Positions 47,559 through 63,760 of a DNA stretch of 64,000 nucleotides are shown piece by piece. The translations under genes and the position numbers were made by a program. Every line of letters starts with the position of its first letter. Positions within the stretch are counted from its first letter, which is position 1. Below the pieces are notes generated by a model. That model saw nothing but the letters and a program-made list of their open reading frames with translations. It was not told where the DNA came from and searched no databases. The DNA comes from the human T2T-CHM13v2.0 reference genome, Homo sapiens: the NCBI RefSeq assembly GCF_009914755.1, contig NC_060932.1, one strand, 5' to 3'.

Positions 47559-49727
47559 GATCTGCTTAATTTGAATAAAGAGACGAACATACTAAAACCC
47601 AATTCTAGCTAAGGTAAGCAAAGAGAATATTCTAGAATGTCTGTAGTTATGTATGGAACCTACAGTAAGTTGGAAACTTGGTCTTGGAATTGGGCAGGAA
47701 CAAAGCATCTTGGAGCCCAGGAAGCAGAAACTGTTAAGAGCTATCCTGCAGCAGGAGCAGTTGTGTTAGCTTCTCATCTGCTCGGATGGAATGGTCACAG
47801 GTCAGTTTCCGTATCTTTAGCCCTCTGCTCAAGATATCAATTCCAGAGAGGGAGCATCTGCTTGCTGTTGCTAGCCTTGCCTTCCTTACCTGCTCACCCT
47901 TGGTATCAGCAGCATTGATGGGTCTGTTTCTAGTTTGTAGTTGTTTTTTGTTAAATTTGACGTTATGAGCAATATAGATAGTTTTGGATTGTGCTTAAAA
48001 GCCAACCCATCCCTGACAATGGAAGGAAAAATAAAATTTTTCTCTCTCTTTCTCATTTGTAGGTAGAAACAATAAATTCATGAAAAAGCCTCTACTCTGT
48101 CTGATACCTCGCTGACATGTAGAATTTTGTGCTTCAGTATACTCCTTTTCAGTACTGAGTATTTCAAAGAACATCTGTATCTTACTTAGCAGCTGGTTTC
48201 TTCCCTCAACTAATTTCATTTTTCATGTCATTAATGGGTTTTGTGTATGTCCCCACCCTGTGGCACAGAACAGATATGAATATATATATTCATATAGATA
48301 CATTATGAATCTATATGCATATGTAGATGCATATATATGTAAACACTGTAATGGTTTTATGTGGCATAATTTTTCAATTTTTCATTTTTCAGTCTGATAC
48401 ATCATGACTCCTGGATCTCTTTTCTCTAGCTTTCCTGTATTTCTGAGCCTAAGAAACATAAACATCATCTTAGTTTCTTGGTATTCATTAGGCCTGTGGG
48501 ATGGAAGAAGTATTATAATGTAGAGTAAAAGCTCATCGTTTTATGTCATGGGACAAATTACCTTTGTTTCTCACCCTTCTAATCACAGTTGGGGAGTTAT
48601 GGGAGATGCTGAACTGGAATTCTGATATTGGGCAGTGTGCTCTTCTCTGGGAAACTAGAAGTTGTTTTTCTGACAGGATGACATTTGGTTTCTGGGGACC
48701 ATGTGTGTCTTCCCTTCACCCTGACTCTGATCTAAATACTGATTGAACATACTCTAGGCAGTAATGACTTGATATAAGAGATATACTACTTTCAGAGTTG
48801 TCTTCACAACTGTTTGCCCTTCTAAAATTATCTCCTATTTTTCTACTCCTATTTTGATGATTGAATGAGTGCTTTCCAAAGATGATAAATACAAGTTAAA
48901 AGCCAAAGTAGTAAACTTGTAAGTGTGAAGTCTGTGTTCCCTTTGTCCTGTAATCCTATTTCTTATAATTTGCCTAAAATTATAGTAAGTTGAAAAATGT
49001 ATGCAGAAAGTTCATTTCAGCATTCACTATTTAGTGAAAATAGGAGAACAACCTAAATCTGTAGCAATAAAGTACCAAATTAGCAAATTATCTGTACACA
49101 AAAGAATATTATGCAGACATCAAAAATAATGCCATAGTTTTATGTTTATTGATTTGCCAGGATGTTTGTGATACAGAATAATGTCTGTGATGTATTATTA
49201 AATAAAAAGCAAATTGCAGAGCAGCATTTATATGTTCCCATTTGTGCAGGATTGTATACTTATTTCTGCATGTGTATTCATGGAGCACTGTCTGGGAAGT
49301 ATGTTAAAACATTGATTATAGCTAGTGGCAGATTTGGAGATTTCTTTCCTTGCTAATTATTCATGCTTGGAACCAATACTATGATATTGAAATATATCTA
49401 TCCCTTTTAGTGTTTTTTATACCATATTAATGTAATTTTTAAGAAATTTTAATATTTAACATTTGTGTTTAATAATTATGGCTCTTGGATCTCTTTTTTT
49501 AATTTTTATGTTACTGAGCCTGCAAAACATGAAGACCACAGTTGGTTTCTAATATTGACTCTGCCACATTTCAGTATCTTAGTATTTTAATTATGTCCTT
49601 AGCTTATGTCTTATTAGCACCTCTTCCTTAGCTTATGTATTTTCTAAGTATAGGAACTGCATTTGTTAAAGTTGATCTGTATATTACCTAGCATAGCATG
49701 TCTTGGAAGTAAACATTCTGTTTTTAA

Positions 49728-49964
<237 letters not shown>

Positions 49965-50454
49965 TGACTTCCTGCAGCCATGAGATGAAATGTGGTGCTG
50001 GAGTAGACTGGTTTTTCTTATGCACTGTTTTCAATAGATGGGCCCTGGGTGTTGGTGTTAGTGAGCATATCTGAGTGAATGTTCACGTTATGTGGTCTAA
50101 ATTGAAATGCTCTAGAAACTGTATTTTTAAGAAAAACAATCAGCATGTCTCAAGTACACATAGGAAGTAAAATAAGAATATCAATATTATACAATAACTT
50201 ATTCTTCAGGCTTATTATTTTAAATGTTTTAGTCCTAACAACTTGAAGTCACGTTGCTCTTAATTCAGTATCCTAATTCTGTCATACCCTTGTTCATTGA
50301 GTACCTATTACATGTCATACAATATTGTTTTTAATGGTGATTCCTCATCTGAACCACAATATACAGAAAATGATTTGAGTGACTGTTTTCTCTATTCTCC
50401 CATCTTAGATGCATAAAAGTGAAGTTACTGTATTATATACATTGGGTGCCTTAA

Positions 50455-50907
50455 GGTAGCAATTTTCAAACCATTTTGTTTCAGAACTACTTTATACATT
50501 TAAAAATTAATGAAGACCCCCAAAGAGCTTTAGCTTATATGGCTTAAAGGTATTAATATTTACCATATTAGAAATTAAAAATGAGAAACTTACCAAATAT
50601 TCAATCATTAATTCATTTTAAATTAATAAATTACTTGTTAGGGTAGATAATATAATTGTAATGGACACTGTATTTTTCCAAAACAAACAACTACATTTTT
50701 CTAGTGAGACTAGTGATATCTGTCTGCTTAATAGAAGACACTGGATTCTCATACCTGCTTCTGCACTGAGCCTTACGTATGTTGTTTAATTGAAGTATAT
50801 TAAGAAAATCCAGCCTCACACAAATAGTTGGGAAATGGAGGACCACATGGACCCTTAAAGTCTGAGGAATTCCCAGGATTCTGGGATCACACTTTGAGAA
50901 CCACTGC
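50455..50907. mobile_element. hAT-Charlie family DNA transposon remnant
   Basis: Terminus cacactttgagaaccactg; start resembles ttctcaaac...aaaaattattgaggaccccaaagagc. Confidence 0.55.
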
Positions 50908-51519
50908 TTTAGGGCATTAGGAGATAATTCTTCACAGAACCCCAGTTGAGAAAACCTGAAAGGTCTCCTGTTGTGTCAAAGAACATATTCTCTAAACCAG
51001 CAAATGAGATAGAAAAGATGGGATTTAATCATCATATACCCGTGGCCTATTTTTCTCCAGTCACTCAGTCTTAGTTTCTCACTTGTCATGTGTAGTAGCC
51101 ATTGAAAGAAGGAACCTTAGAGAACATCCGGTCTCACAGACTGGATTCCCTAGACCAAGCAAGTTGCTGAAGGCTGCTGTGGGACCTGGGTTTCCTGATA
51201 CTTCCTATGTGTCACAGTTTTCCCTTAAATGATAACCGTACATCTCTGTCTTGCCTTGTCCTTGAATTGTCCACTCGACTCTGGGTTCTTGTGTTTTTTT
51301 GCCTCTTCTTCCTCAGTGAAGAGTCATACTTTTACTATTTCTCAAGGATTTCCCACATGAGCCTAAAGCATCTCAAAACATTTGATTTACATTCTCTCAG
51401 GCAGCATCTCAAAACTGCATGGAAAAGAGGAAAATAAAATACACAAAGTCCCTTTTTTCCTAGAGATTTAAAATTAATAATCTCCAACCAAAAAGAAACA
51501 TTTTCTACTTCTGTATTAA

Positions 51520-51690
<171 letters not shown>

Positions 51691-52813
51691 GAGTTACTGT
51701 CTCTTATTCAGAACTGATTTACGTAAACTAAGTTACTCTTTTTAGCTTATAACCTTGTGTAACACACATCTTTGCATTGTGTAGTGTGAACCAGACTACT
51801 GTTATTCTTCAATAAACATATTTTTCATTCCTTATACTTTTGCATAAATACTTGTATTGCTTGAAGTGCCGTTTTTTGTTTTCTTTTCCATTTAAGGCAA
51901 CTAAGATGTCAGCTCTTTGGTGAAGCCTTTTTGACCCCCATCGGAATAACTTATTCTTCCTGTAATATTTTGTGCATATGTCTCCTGTAGTTCTGATCCC
52001 ACTGTCATAGCTTTTTGTTTACATTATCTACCCTTCTCAGAATAAGCATTATGAGGGAAGGATCCACCTATATCTTATGCAGCTTTGTATCCTGCATTCT
52101 TAGCTTGGTGACTGATAATACAGTGTTTGGTAAATTTTACTGAATGAATGAATAGAGAATCTCATTCTGTCTAAGCAACTTGTAGGGTCACTGGATGTGT
52201 TCAGGAGATATCTACTAAAGTACATCGTTTTGAAAAGGAAAGGTTAATATAGTAATGATAATTATGTGATATTTTAGGCATAAACCACTTCATTGTCTGT
52301 AGGTTATTTTAGTTTATTCACTTGTTCTTCTATTCTTAAAGTAGTCCCTTAAATAATCTTTGTTTTTTGAAACTTGAGTAAGCCATTCATTTCCTAGTTG
52401 TCTGTTTTGTAGATTAACTCGTCATACATCATTTTGATAGAAGCCTGGTTTTTTGTGGGTTTTCTTGTTTTTGTTTTTGCTTGAGTTGATTTCTTTGCAC
52501 AACAATAAACTTGCAAAAGAAATCTAAAATAATTTCTTATGCTGGACAGTATGAGAAAGGAAGAGAAGAAAAACCCTTGTTTGTGTTCCTCTAGGAGGGT
52601 AGAGGGCTCGTTTTCTTTCCTCTATTTCTGAGAGAGATGGTGGTCCGTTTAAAGACATCATAACATCCCAGAAAGAATTCGACCACTTCCAGCTTCTACA
52701 TGGAGAGCTCCCAGACCCAATGGCCTGTTCCAGATTTAAAGGACTGTTTAAAATAGTTTAACTTATTTCTTTTGGAGGTTGTTTCTTGAGTCTTTGTCTT
52801 ACAGGTTTTCCTC

Positions 52814-53060
<247 letters not shown>

Positions 53061-53396
53061 AGGCTTTTCTCTTATTTTCATTGACTTTCTTCTTACTTTC
53101 ATACCCAACTTCCAAAACTTTTTAATAAATGTAACCTAATACACATTAAGATTGGTCTCACACTTAGTTTATATCTGAGTGAAACGGGATTTTCCATAGC
53201 ATTAATGTTTTACAGTGTGTCTGTACATTTGGATAGCCGGTTGCATTTTTGGTAGCAAGGGTTATGTCTATTCATGACCCAAGATGTTTACAAAACCATC
53301 CTAGAGTCCTTCAAGGGAAAATTAGCCAAATGTTATTATTTGTTTTATCAGCCTTATAGAAATGAAGAGTTTTCTTAGTATCTTAGGATATTTGTC

Positions 53397-53697
<301 letters not shown>

Positions 53698-53976
53698 TAC
53701 AGGATGTTTGTCATTTTTATCTTCAAAAAATTTAAGGAGTTTTCCTTGCAAGATTTTCACATCCACCACCTTTGCTTTCTTTTGCCAGTAGTGAGAATAG
53801 CTGCTAGCAGATACTCCTTGGAGGCATGAAGGCCATCAATCAGTTTCACAGCTGGAAACAGTGATAAGAGTCTATCAGTGCCTCCCTTTAAGCACTGACA
53901 CTTGGCCCTTTACTGAGTTACTTTTCTTTCATTTATTAAAAGCCAAAGCCAAACTGTAAATATTCTTTTCTGCCAG

Positions 53977-54040
53977 GGGAAGTCAAAGAAGAAACATACG
54001 TTGCCCCTGGTTTCTGTTCATTGGCAGAAAAAAGGCAGAG
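53977..54040 (+). other. Candidate 64-nt frameshifting (poison) cassette exon in RAB2A intron 3
   Basis: Acceptor tattcttttctgccag, donor GAG|gtatgt, purine-rich body, no recognisable repeat. Confidence 0.45.
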
Positions 54041-54768
54041 GTATGTTCTCACTGTTAGACCCTGGCCAGCCATTACTGCCTTGTTCTGCTCTTGTTCTTT
54101 TTCTCTTACTTTTTCTCTTGCCTTCTATTCCTCTTTCAGTTGCCTTCCAGCATATCCAAATACATTTGATTTCCCAGCCCCTCCAAAAAAAATTGTAATA
54201 TGGATGTTTTAGTTAAGTTCATTTATCCACTCAGCTTCCCTAGAAATATTCCTATTTTACATGTCTTATATCAAGTAAGTCAGTGAAACTTTTGACCAAA
54301 TTGTGTGAAAACTAACATGCTAAAAGTTTCTTCTCAGCAAATCACAGGCATTTTTTTTCTCCTTTGAAAAACATGTTACTTTATACTCTTGACGTATTAT
54401 TTCTAAAAATTGAATATTATTTTGTTTCAATGCATCAGTAAGGATGGATGACCAGATGCAGTGAGCCAGGGAGAGGACCTGGAACCCTGAGGGCTGAAAA
54501 CAATACTGCCTCCCCACTTCTGCCTTTCCTCTCTGCTCCCATTACTGTCACTTCCTCCCTCTCCCCCACCATCCCTTAAGCTGGGAGTTGAGGGGCTTAG
54601 AGCTCCAACTGTTCTTCCTCCTTAGGCAGCAATTCATCAACATTTTTTTGAACAACTACAGGGACAGGAAACTGTCTTAGACATTTCATTGTACTTTAGT
54701 GATTACCTCCCACCTGTGGTCTCCAGTTTTTCTTACGTGGCAGCACTAAAAGAATCTGACATCGGTGA

Positions 54769-55090
<322 letters not shown>

Positions 55091-55369
55091 AAGCCTTTTT
55101 TCCAAAGTAAATATCCTCAAATTTTTTAAAGCATTCAACTTGTGCTGTTTTTTCTAGGTATTTCCACCCATTGTTACTTTTCTCAGGATCCCACAACTAA
55201 CTAGTGCAGGTTGACTTTTTCACCACCCTTGCTGTGTACACTAAGACAGCCTAAAAATCACTTTGATTCTTACTGATCTTACTGTCACCTGGAATAGAAG
55301 TTTTGTACATGCATGTAGATTTCAAAATATTTCCTCTCAATTATAGCAGTTCCTTGATAGAGGTCTAAA

Positions 55370-55684
55370 TTTTTTTTTTTTTTTGAGACGGAGTCTCGCT
55401 CTGTCGCCCAGGCTGGAGTGCAGTGGCGTGATCTCGGCTCACTGCAAGCTTCGCCTGCCGGGTTCACGCCACTTTCTCCTGCCTCAACCTCCTGAGTAGC
55501 TGGGACTACAGGTGCCCGCCACCACGCCCGGCTAATTTTTTTTTTTTTTTTTTTTTTTGTATTTTTAGTGGAGACGAGGTTTCACCAAGTTAGCCAGGAT
55601 GATCTTGATCTCCTGACCTCGTGATCCACCCGCCTCAGCTTCCCAAAGTGCTGGGATTATAGGCGTGAGCCACCACACCCGGCC
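55370..55684 (-). mobile_element. AluY-like with expanded central T tract
   Basis: TSD aggtctaaattttt; linker T run of about 23 nt. Confidence 0.94.
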
Positions 55685-56681
55685 AAGGTCTAAATTTTTA
55701 AGTTGAGTCTTTTAAGTAAAGTACCTGAGATTTAATGCTTGGGCAAGGGACAGTTTATTTGGCTGTTTAGAAATCCTTCTTTCCTTCTTTTGGTTCTCAT
55801 CTGTCTTCTACATAGCTGGAGCTGTTTGATAAATAACTAGCAATGCAAGTAAGAGAAGTATTACTGTAATACTGATTCTCACAAATCTTAATTTTCTCAC
55901 TTTATTGGCTCTTTGGGATCAATCCAGGTAACATATTTGAGTGCCTACTATAAATATACTCTAGTACTCTGAGTTAAGCTATTCCTCAAGGATAACTGAA
56001 GAGGAAAAAAGATAAGCATTTGAGTAGTGTGTTCATTGTATCTAATCAATAGTATTAAAACCAAATGACCACATGAAAGTGCTTTTGGATTTGTGAGGAG
56101 AAAAGGATAACTATGGGCTGTGGTAGACAAGCTTTCCCAGCTTTGTGAAAGAATTAGGGGCTTGAGCTGGTCCTCAAAGGAAATGGAAATTGGATAGGTG
56201 GAGAGAGAAGAAAATAGTGTTTCAGGCAAGGAGTTAAGCAGAGGCACAAAAGCAGGAATTTTCAGACTATAGACAAGATATCAGTAGAAAAAAATGGACT
56301 TGTATGAGCAAGATTTTGAATAAGAAAAAATTCTTGTGAGACAAGTAGAGGTCTGATTCTCAAGAGCTTAGGACTTTAATTCAGGATATTTAGAGATTTT
56401 TGAACTACAGCTTAATATGTATAAAGTTATATTTTGTGGGAGTAGAAGAGGAAGAAGAGGTGAAGATTACTACTAGTTGCCAGCCTGGTTACTACAAATA
56501 TTGCTATTCACCAAAAGACTCAGATGCATGGGAAAGCCAGTTTAAGGGATTCTTTATCTGGCAGTTACAAATAAGCTTTAAAATTATGGTGCAAAGGATC
56601 AATTTTGATTTAGCAATCCTCACATGAAAGATGAAGGTGTAAGACTTCTTTTGCACAAATGTTCCGTGACTTTAATATTAA

Positions 56682-57242
<561 letters not shown>

Positions 57243-57338
57243 TAATATTAGGAATCTCTTACTATTAAATACAAAGAATTTTGTATCCTGTTTGGTTTCA
57301 AGCTTCCAAAATCCCTTTTAACCAACAGTTTATAGTGA

Positions 57339-57669
<331 letters not shown>

Positions 57670-57743
57670 CTAGGTTAACATTTTTGTTTCACTTAAAACA
57701 ATATAGGTCAATCCGAGTTTGGATAGGTATATATTAAAGCACC

Positions 57744-58037
<294 letters not shown>

Positions 58038-58764
58038 TAAAGTGCTTTTTAAAAATCAAATTACTTTGCTTTAATATGTCAAGGTAGTTAACCTTTGGGC
58101 TAACTTTATGCAGTTAGTTGTTATATAACAGTTTATTTATAGTTAGAGAAGCCATAATAAAAAAAAAAACTTCACTGGGCAAGATTTATTTCAAGGCTAC
58201 CAATACCATTATCAAAGAGAATAGGCCAGAGTTGTGATAGTTTTCAGATAAGTAAGGTCTCAAGAATTTGTAAACTATTCTGAACACTCATCTTTATTTA
58301 TTATAAAGTAATCATAGATCTTAAGATGCATAGCTACAGTCATAGTCTTCAGTGGGAATTGTGTTTTTTTATTTGCTCGAGCTTTTGTTTAATTTTGTAG
58401 TGGGCAGAAGTCTAGATTCAAATGTATTGTGTAAGTTATTTCCATATTGGAACGTGTTTTGTTCTTTGCAAAACAGTTCAGAAGGAATGAGAATGGTTAT
58501 AAAAGTTTGCTTTTCTCCTTTTCCTAAATTTATTTTGTCTTTTACTCTTTACTATCTCTTATCTAGGCTCTAAACTGGAAGTTGTGGATCTTATAGTAGT
58601 ACTTTTCTAGCAATGTGTTCATTTTAATTCATCCCACAGAATGTCCCTGGAGAGATTGGTTTAAAGGACTTTTACCTTTGCTTGATGATCAGCCATGGGC
58701 AATATTAGAGCTATAAACCTGATTTTTATTTTGAACTAATAAAATATGTATCTTTTTTGTATTA

Positions 58765-59330
58765 CAGTAGCTCTTCCTTATCCATGAGGAATAGATGCTA
58801 ACACCCTCAGTAGATGCCTGAAATTGCAGATAGTGCTGAACTCTATATATACTAGTTTTTCGATCCCATAACAGAGACGGCTGCAGTTTAAGCATCCCTA
58901 ATTTGAAAATCCCAAACTTTTTGAGCTTTCACATGACACTCAGAGGAGATGCTTTTTGGTGCATTTTGGATTTTAGTTTTCAGATTAGGGATGCTCAACT
59001 GATAAGTATAATGCAAATATTCTAAAATCAGAAACACTTCTGGTTCAAAGCATTTCAGAGAAGAAGTGCTCAACCTGTACTAAGTGACTACCAGGCAGGT
59101 AGTGTAGTGTATACAGTGAAGATAGGCTGGACAAAGGGATGATTCACATCCCCAGCAGGACGGAGCAGCAGGATAGTGGGAGACTTTTATCACACTACTC
59201 AGAATAGTGTACAATTTAAAACTTAGGAATTATTATTTCTGGACTTTTCCATTTAATATTTTCAGACTGCAGTTGACCACCAATAACTGAAACCTTAGAA
59301 AGCAAAACCTCAAATAAGGGGGAACTACTG
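58765..59330 (-). mobile_element. MER44-type (Tigger7-related) DNA transposon, interrupted by MER46
   Basis: TA-flanked termini cagtagctcttccttatcc ... aataagggggaactactg; body resembles MER44A. Confidence 0.8.
58884..59077 (+). mobile_element. MER46/Tigger4a-type element nested in MER44
   Basis: Termini cagtttaagcatccctaat ... gtgctcaacctg; internal ttagggatgctcaac; MER44 resumes after TA. Confidence 0.8.
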
Positions 59331-59466
59331 TACCTAACACAGAATCCTTTCTTGGTACATAGGATTTACAGTGAAATTAATCCCTAAAGATCTAGTCCTT
59401 AGTTTTTCTGTGCTAAGCAGTTAAAGAAGATATTTCCTGCCATTGTGCCTTCAGAACAGTGAATTT

Positions 59467-59610
59467 GGCTGGGAACAGTGGCCCACACCTGTAACCCCAG
59501 CACTTTTACGAGACCGAGACAGGTTGATTGCTTAAAGCTCAGTAGTTTGAGACCACCCTGGGCAACATGGTGAAACCTGGTCTCTATAAAAAAATAAAAA
59601 ATAATAAATT
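59467..59610 (+). mobile_element. FLAM/left monomer
   Basis: Monomer with A-rich tail. Confidence 0.82.
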
Positions 59611-59653
59611 TTAAAAAACAATCAATTTAAAATAAAAACAAGGTATCTTCTAG

Positions 59654-59989
<336 letters not shown>

Positions 59990-60251
59990 TAACCTAAGCT
60001 ATGTAAAATGATTTGGCTATTTTTATAGCCCTTTTGTGTGATGGCTTTCTCACTGTCTAATTTAGCATGACATTATTCTAACTGCCAAAATTGCCTACCC
60101 AAGAGAGGGTCTAATTGTTATTTTCCACATAGGAGAAGTTATTTTCATTGAATCTCAGCACGTTAGGATTTACAGATGTCCACTCAGCTATGTGGGATGG
60201 AGTACTGATTATTTTACGCATATAACTAAGACATTAGGATTTCTTGTTTCA

Positions 60252-60690
60252 CTTTTTTGTTGTTTTTTTGTTTTTGTTTTTGGAGACAAGGTGTTGCTCT
60301 GTTAGCAAGACTGAAGTACAGTGGTGCAATTACATCTCCCTGCAGCCTCCTCACCTGGGCTCAGATGATCCTCCTACCTCAGCCTCCCAAGTAGCTGGGG
60401 GCGTGCCACCACACTTGGCTAATTTTTATATTTTTGGTAGAGACGGGGTTTTGCCATGTTGCCCAGGCTGGTCTTAACCCATTTATGCAGGAAGTTGCAA
60501 ATTTTTTGTGTGAAAAATCAGACCTTGGCAGTGACCTTGAGCAGTAGGATATAAATAACTCCCACAAGCTTAGCATTCCAATAATGGAACACTAGGCATA
60601 AATGGGTTAAAAACTCCCAGGCTCAAGCGATCCACCAGTCATGGCCTCCCAAAGTGCTGGGATTGCATGCGTGAGCCACCATGCCCAGCC
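60252..60690 (-). mobile_element. AluJ interrupted by MER85
   Basis: caggctggtcttaa|MER85|ttaaaaactcccaggctcaagcg. Confidence 0.9.
60478..60606. mobile_element. MER85 (piggyBac/PGBD3-related MITE) inserted in an Alu
   Basis: TTAA at 60474-60477 and 60607-60610; terminal inverted repeats cccatttatgc...gcataaatggg; internal palindrome attccaataatggaac. Confidence 0.9.
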
Positions 60691-61890
60691 TATTTTTCCA
60701 CTTTTTCACTCAACAGGCTTTCTCTGAATGCCTGCTATATGCCGGACCCAGTGCCTAGCACACACTTAGTCACATGCAGGGGGTGGGGGATGGGGGAGGG
60801 AGGGAGTATAGAGGAAGGGTCAACAAGAGCAAGGTATTGTAGAGTGTTGAGTGTTAAACAGGGTAGAATATGAGCCGTCCATGCGCATTCTGAGGGTGGG
60901 AAGGGCTAAATATTTACATTGCAAGATCAGAACTCAGAATGTGTAAACATCAATATTTTTCAAGTTAGGGGATTTTGAATATAAAAATCGTTAAAATTGG
61001 CTTTACGTTTACTTAATTAAAATGCTTATGTTTTTGCAAAAGTAGGAAAAGAAGGGATTAAAAATGAAAAATAACTTCTTATAAGAGCTGTCTCGGTTTT
61101 AAACTCAGACAGAACAGTCACATTCCTCCCCAGCAATTCTTAAAAAAACAGAAATTAGTACCATGAGTAAAAGAGAAATTACCTAGCTTTGCATAATCTC
61201 TTGTGTCTGTTTCACAAGTGGATATAAAGATGACTTTTACATCCTGTTGCCTTTTGACAAGCATTATATATCAAATACAGAGAAAATTGATTAAGTGTGG
61301 AGAAAAAAACTTATATAAATTAAATTCAGAACCATTTTGCTTTTCATAATAAAATGATTGCTCAAAGAATTCCATTTGATGACTGTTGAAAGCTCACTGC
61401 AGTTTATGATATAACTGATAAAATCTGCATCCTTGGCCTTCCAACAACCTTTACACCAGCAGATGGTGGGCGTAAAGATGTCATTCATCATTTATTTACA
61501 ATGGGTTTTATTTATTCTAGTGTCAACAGCTGCCCCAGGGAGTGGGTTATTGAATTCAAATGTGAGGCTCTGGGTTATTTGCTTCCTTTCAAATTTGTCT
61601 TCAGAGCTTAGTTGCTAGGAGTCCATTCTGTCCTTTAATAATGATTCGTGTATTGTGAAGCCATTCAGTAAATTGGGTTGTCAGGGATTGCCAAAAAGGG
61701 TTTAGAGGTCTTGCGGGCTGGGGAGGTTGCAGGAGCGACTACATGTGCACTACATGTGCGTCTCGTTGACTTGAGCAATCTTGAGCAATAGCGGTGTTTT
61801 GTAACTTTTTCCTAAGACTGGTGAAGTTAAGTTTTCTTGTCTCTCTTTATGCACTCCTTCCCTACCTGCTCTTATTCTGTATATGAATAA

Positions 61891-62034
<144 letters not shown>

Positions 62035-62391
62035 TGAGAACTTGAAAACTTTGCAATTCAGTAGTTGATACAGAGAATTTTTCTAAATAGATGTGGTTAA
62101 CAGTAATGAAAGAATAGCTTAGCCTTTCTGCCCCGGCTACTCACCTTTAAAACTGCATCTTGAGTCCAATTTAAATTTACTACAGAAACCTGCAACTGAA
62201 TTGTTTTTCTTATTTGAATTAGCACCTTCAAATTGAAATCGGCCATATTATTTATTCATTGGAATTTTCTAAAGTGTGATTACATTTAATTTATAAACTG
62301 AAATACAATCAGTGAACTCTAAACCCAGATATGGTGCTTAAAACTACTTCTCGTTACATAAGTGGATATGGCTAAAAGTGGTTCTCTTTAA

Positions 62392-62559
<168 letters not shown>

Positions 62560-63024
62560 TAAAAAGGCTAATTTAGAGCTTACATTGCATTAGTGATGAA
62601 GACTGTACTGTTTATTTGACTACTTTCCTTAACATTTGTTCAAATGTGAGTTACCAGCCTCTTAAATTATAAAATTTCGGAAATTCTAAGGTGTTTCTTT
62701 TGATTTTTAAAATGATGTTAATAAGCTTTGTTGGAAATTATTACTGTTATTATTAGAAATAGTTTTTGTGTAAAGAAATACTTTAAAAAGTAATCTGAAG
62801 GAGTTTTATCAGATTACTGATGTAAAGTAAAGCCTACTGATTTATTTGGGGAGTTGGATTGAACATCTTTGTGCTGTCAATTTAAAATGCTATTATATGG
62901 GAAAACCTTCTTGCTTGACCAGTTTCCATAAACTTCTAAGAGTGTGGGAAAGTTTTCACTAATTTTTGTAGAAACTTACAGTGGTAAGAAAATATTAGTA
63001 TTTTCAAAATGCTAGGCACCATTC

Positions 63025-63377
<353 letters not shown>

Positions 63378-63760
63378 TAATAAAATACTCTGAAGAGATG
63401 CTGTTTTTAGATAGGTAAAATCATGACTTATATGATAATGAAGACATCTCAAAACTTTTATCTCATTAATTAACAAGATAAGGAAACTGGTAAGATATTT
63501 CAGCCAGTTCAAAAGGGAACTCAAATTACTATACATTGATAATCAAATAAAGAAACTGAAATGAATTTACAAGATGGATGCAAAACTGAACAGTATTCAC
63601 AGGGTATTAATTGTATTCCACAGGACACAGTCTGCATTTCCATGGACAGGAATTATTTGCGTTTATTCCCACAAGTTAACTTCTCTCTCTGCAGTCTTTG
63701 AAAATGTGTGAGATGCAGTTAAAATAGTACTATCAAGAAAATTTTTAAATGAACAGCCTA

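Noticed and set aside
53875-53898. 7-bp hairpin tcagtgc...gcactga near the candidate poison exon
   Set aside because: Too short to be significant without conservation data
60478-60606. Possible snoRNA or small RNA gene inside an Alu
   Set aside because: TTAA duplications and TIRs identify it as a MER85 MITE
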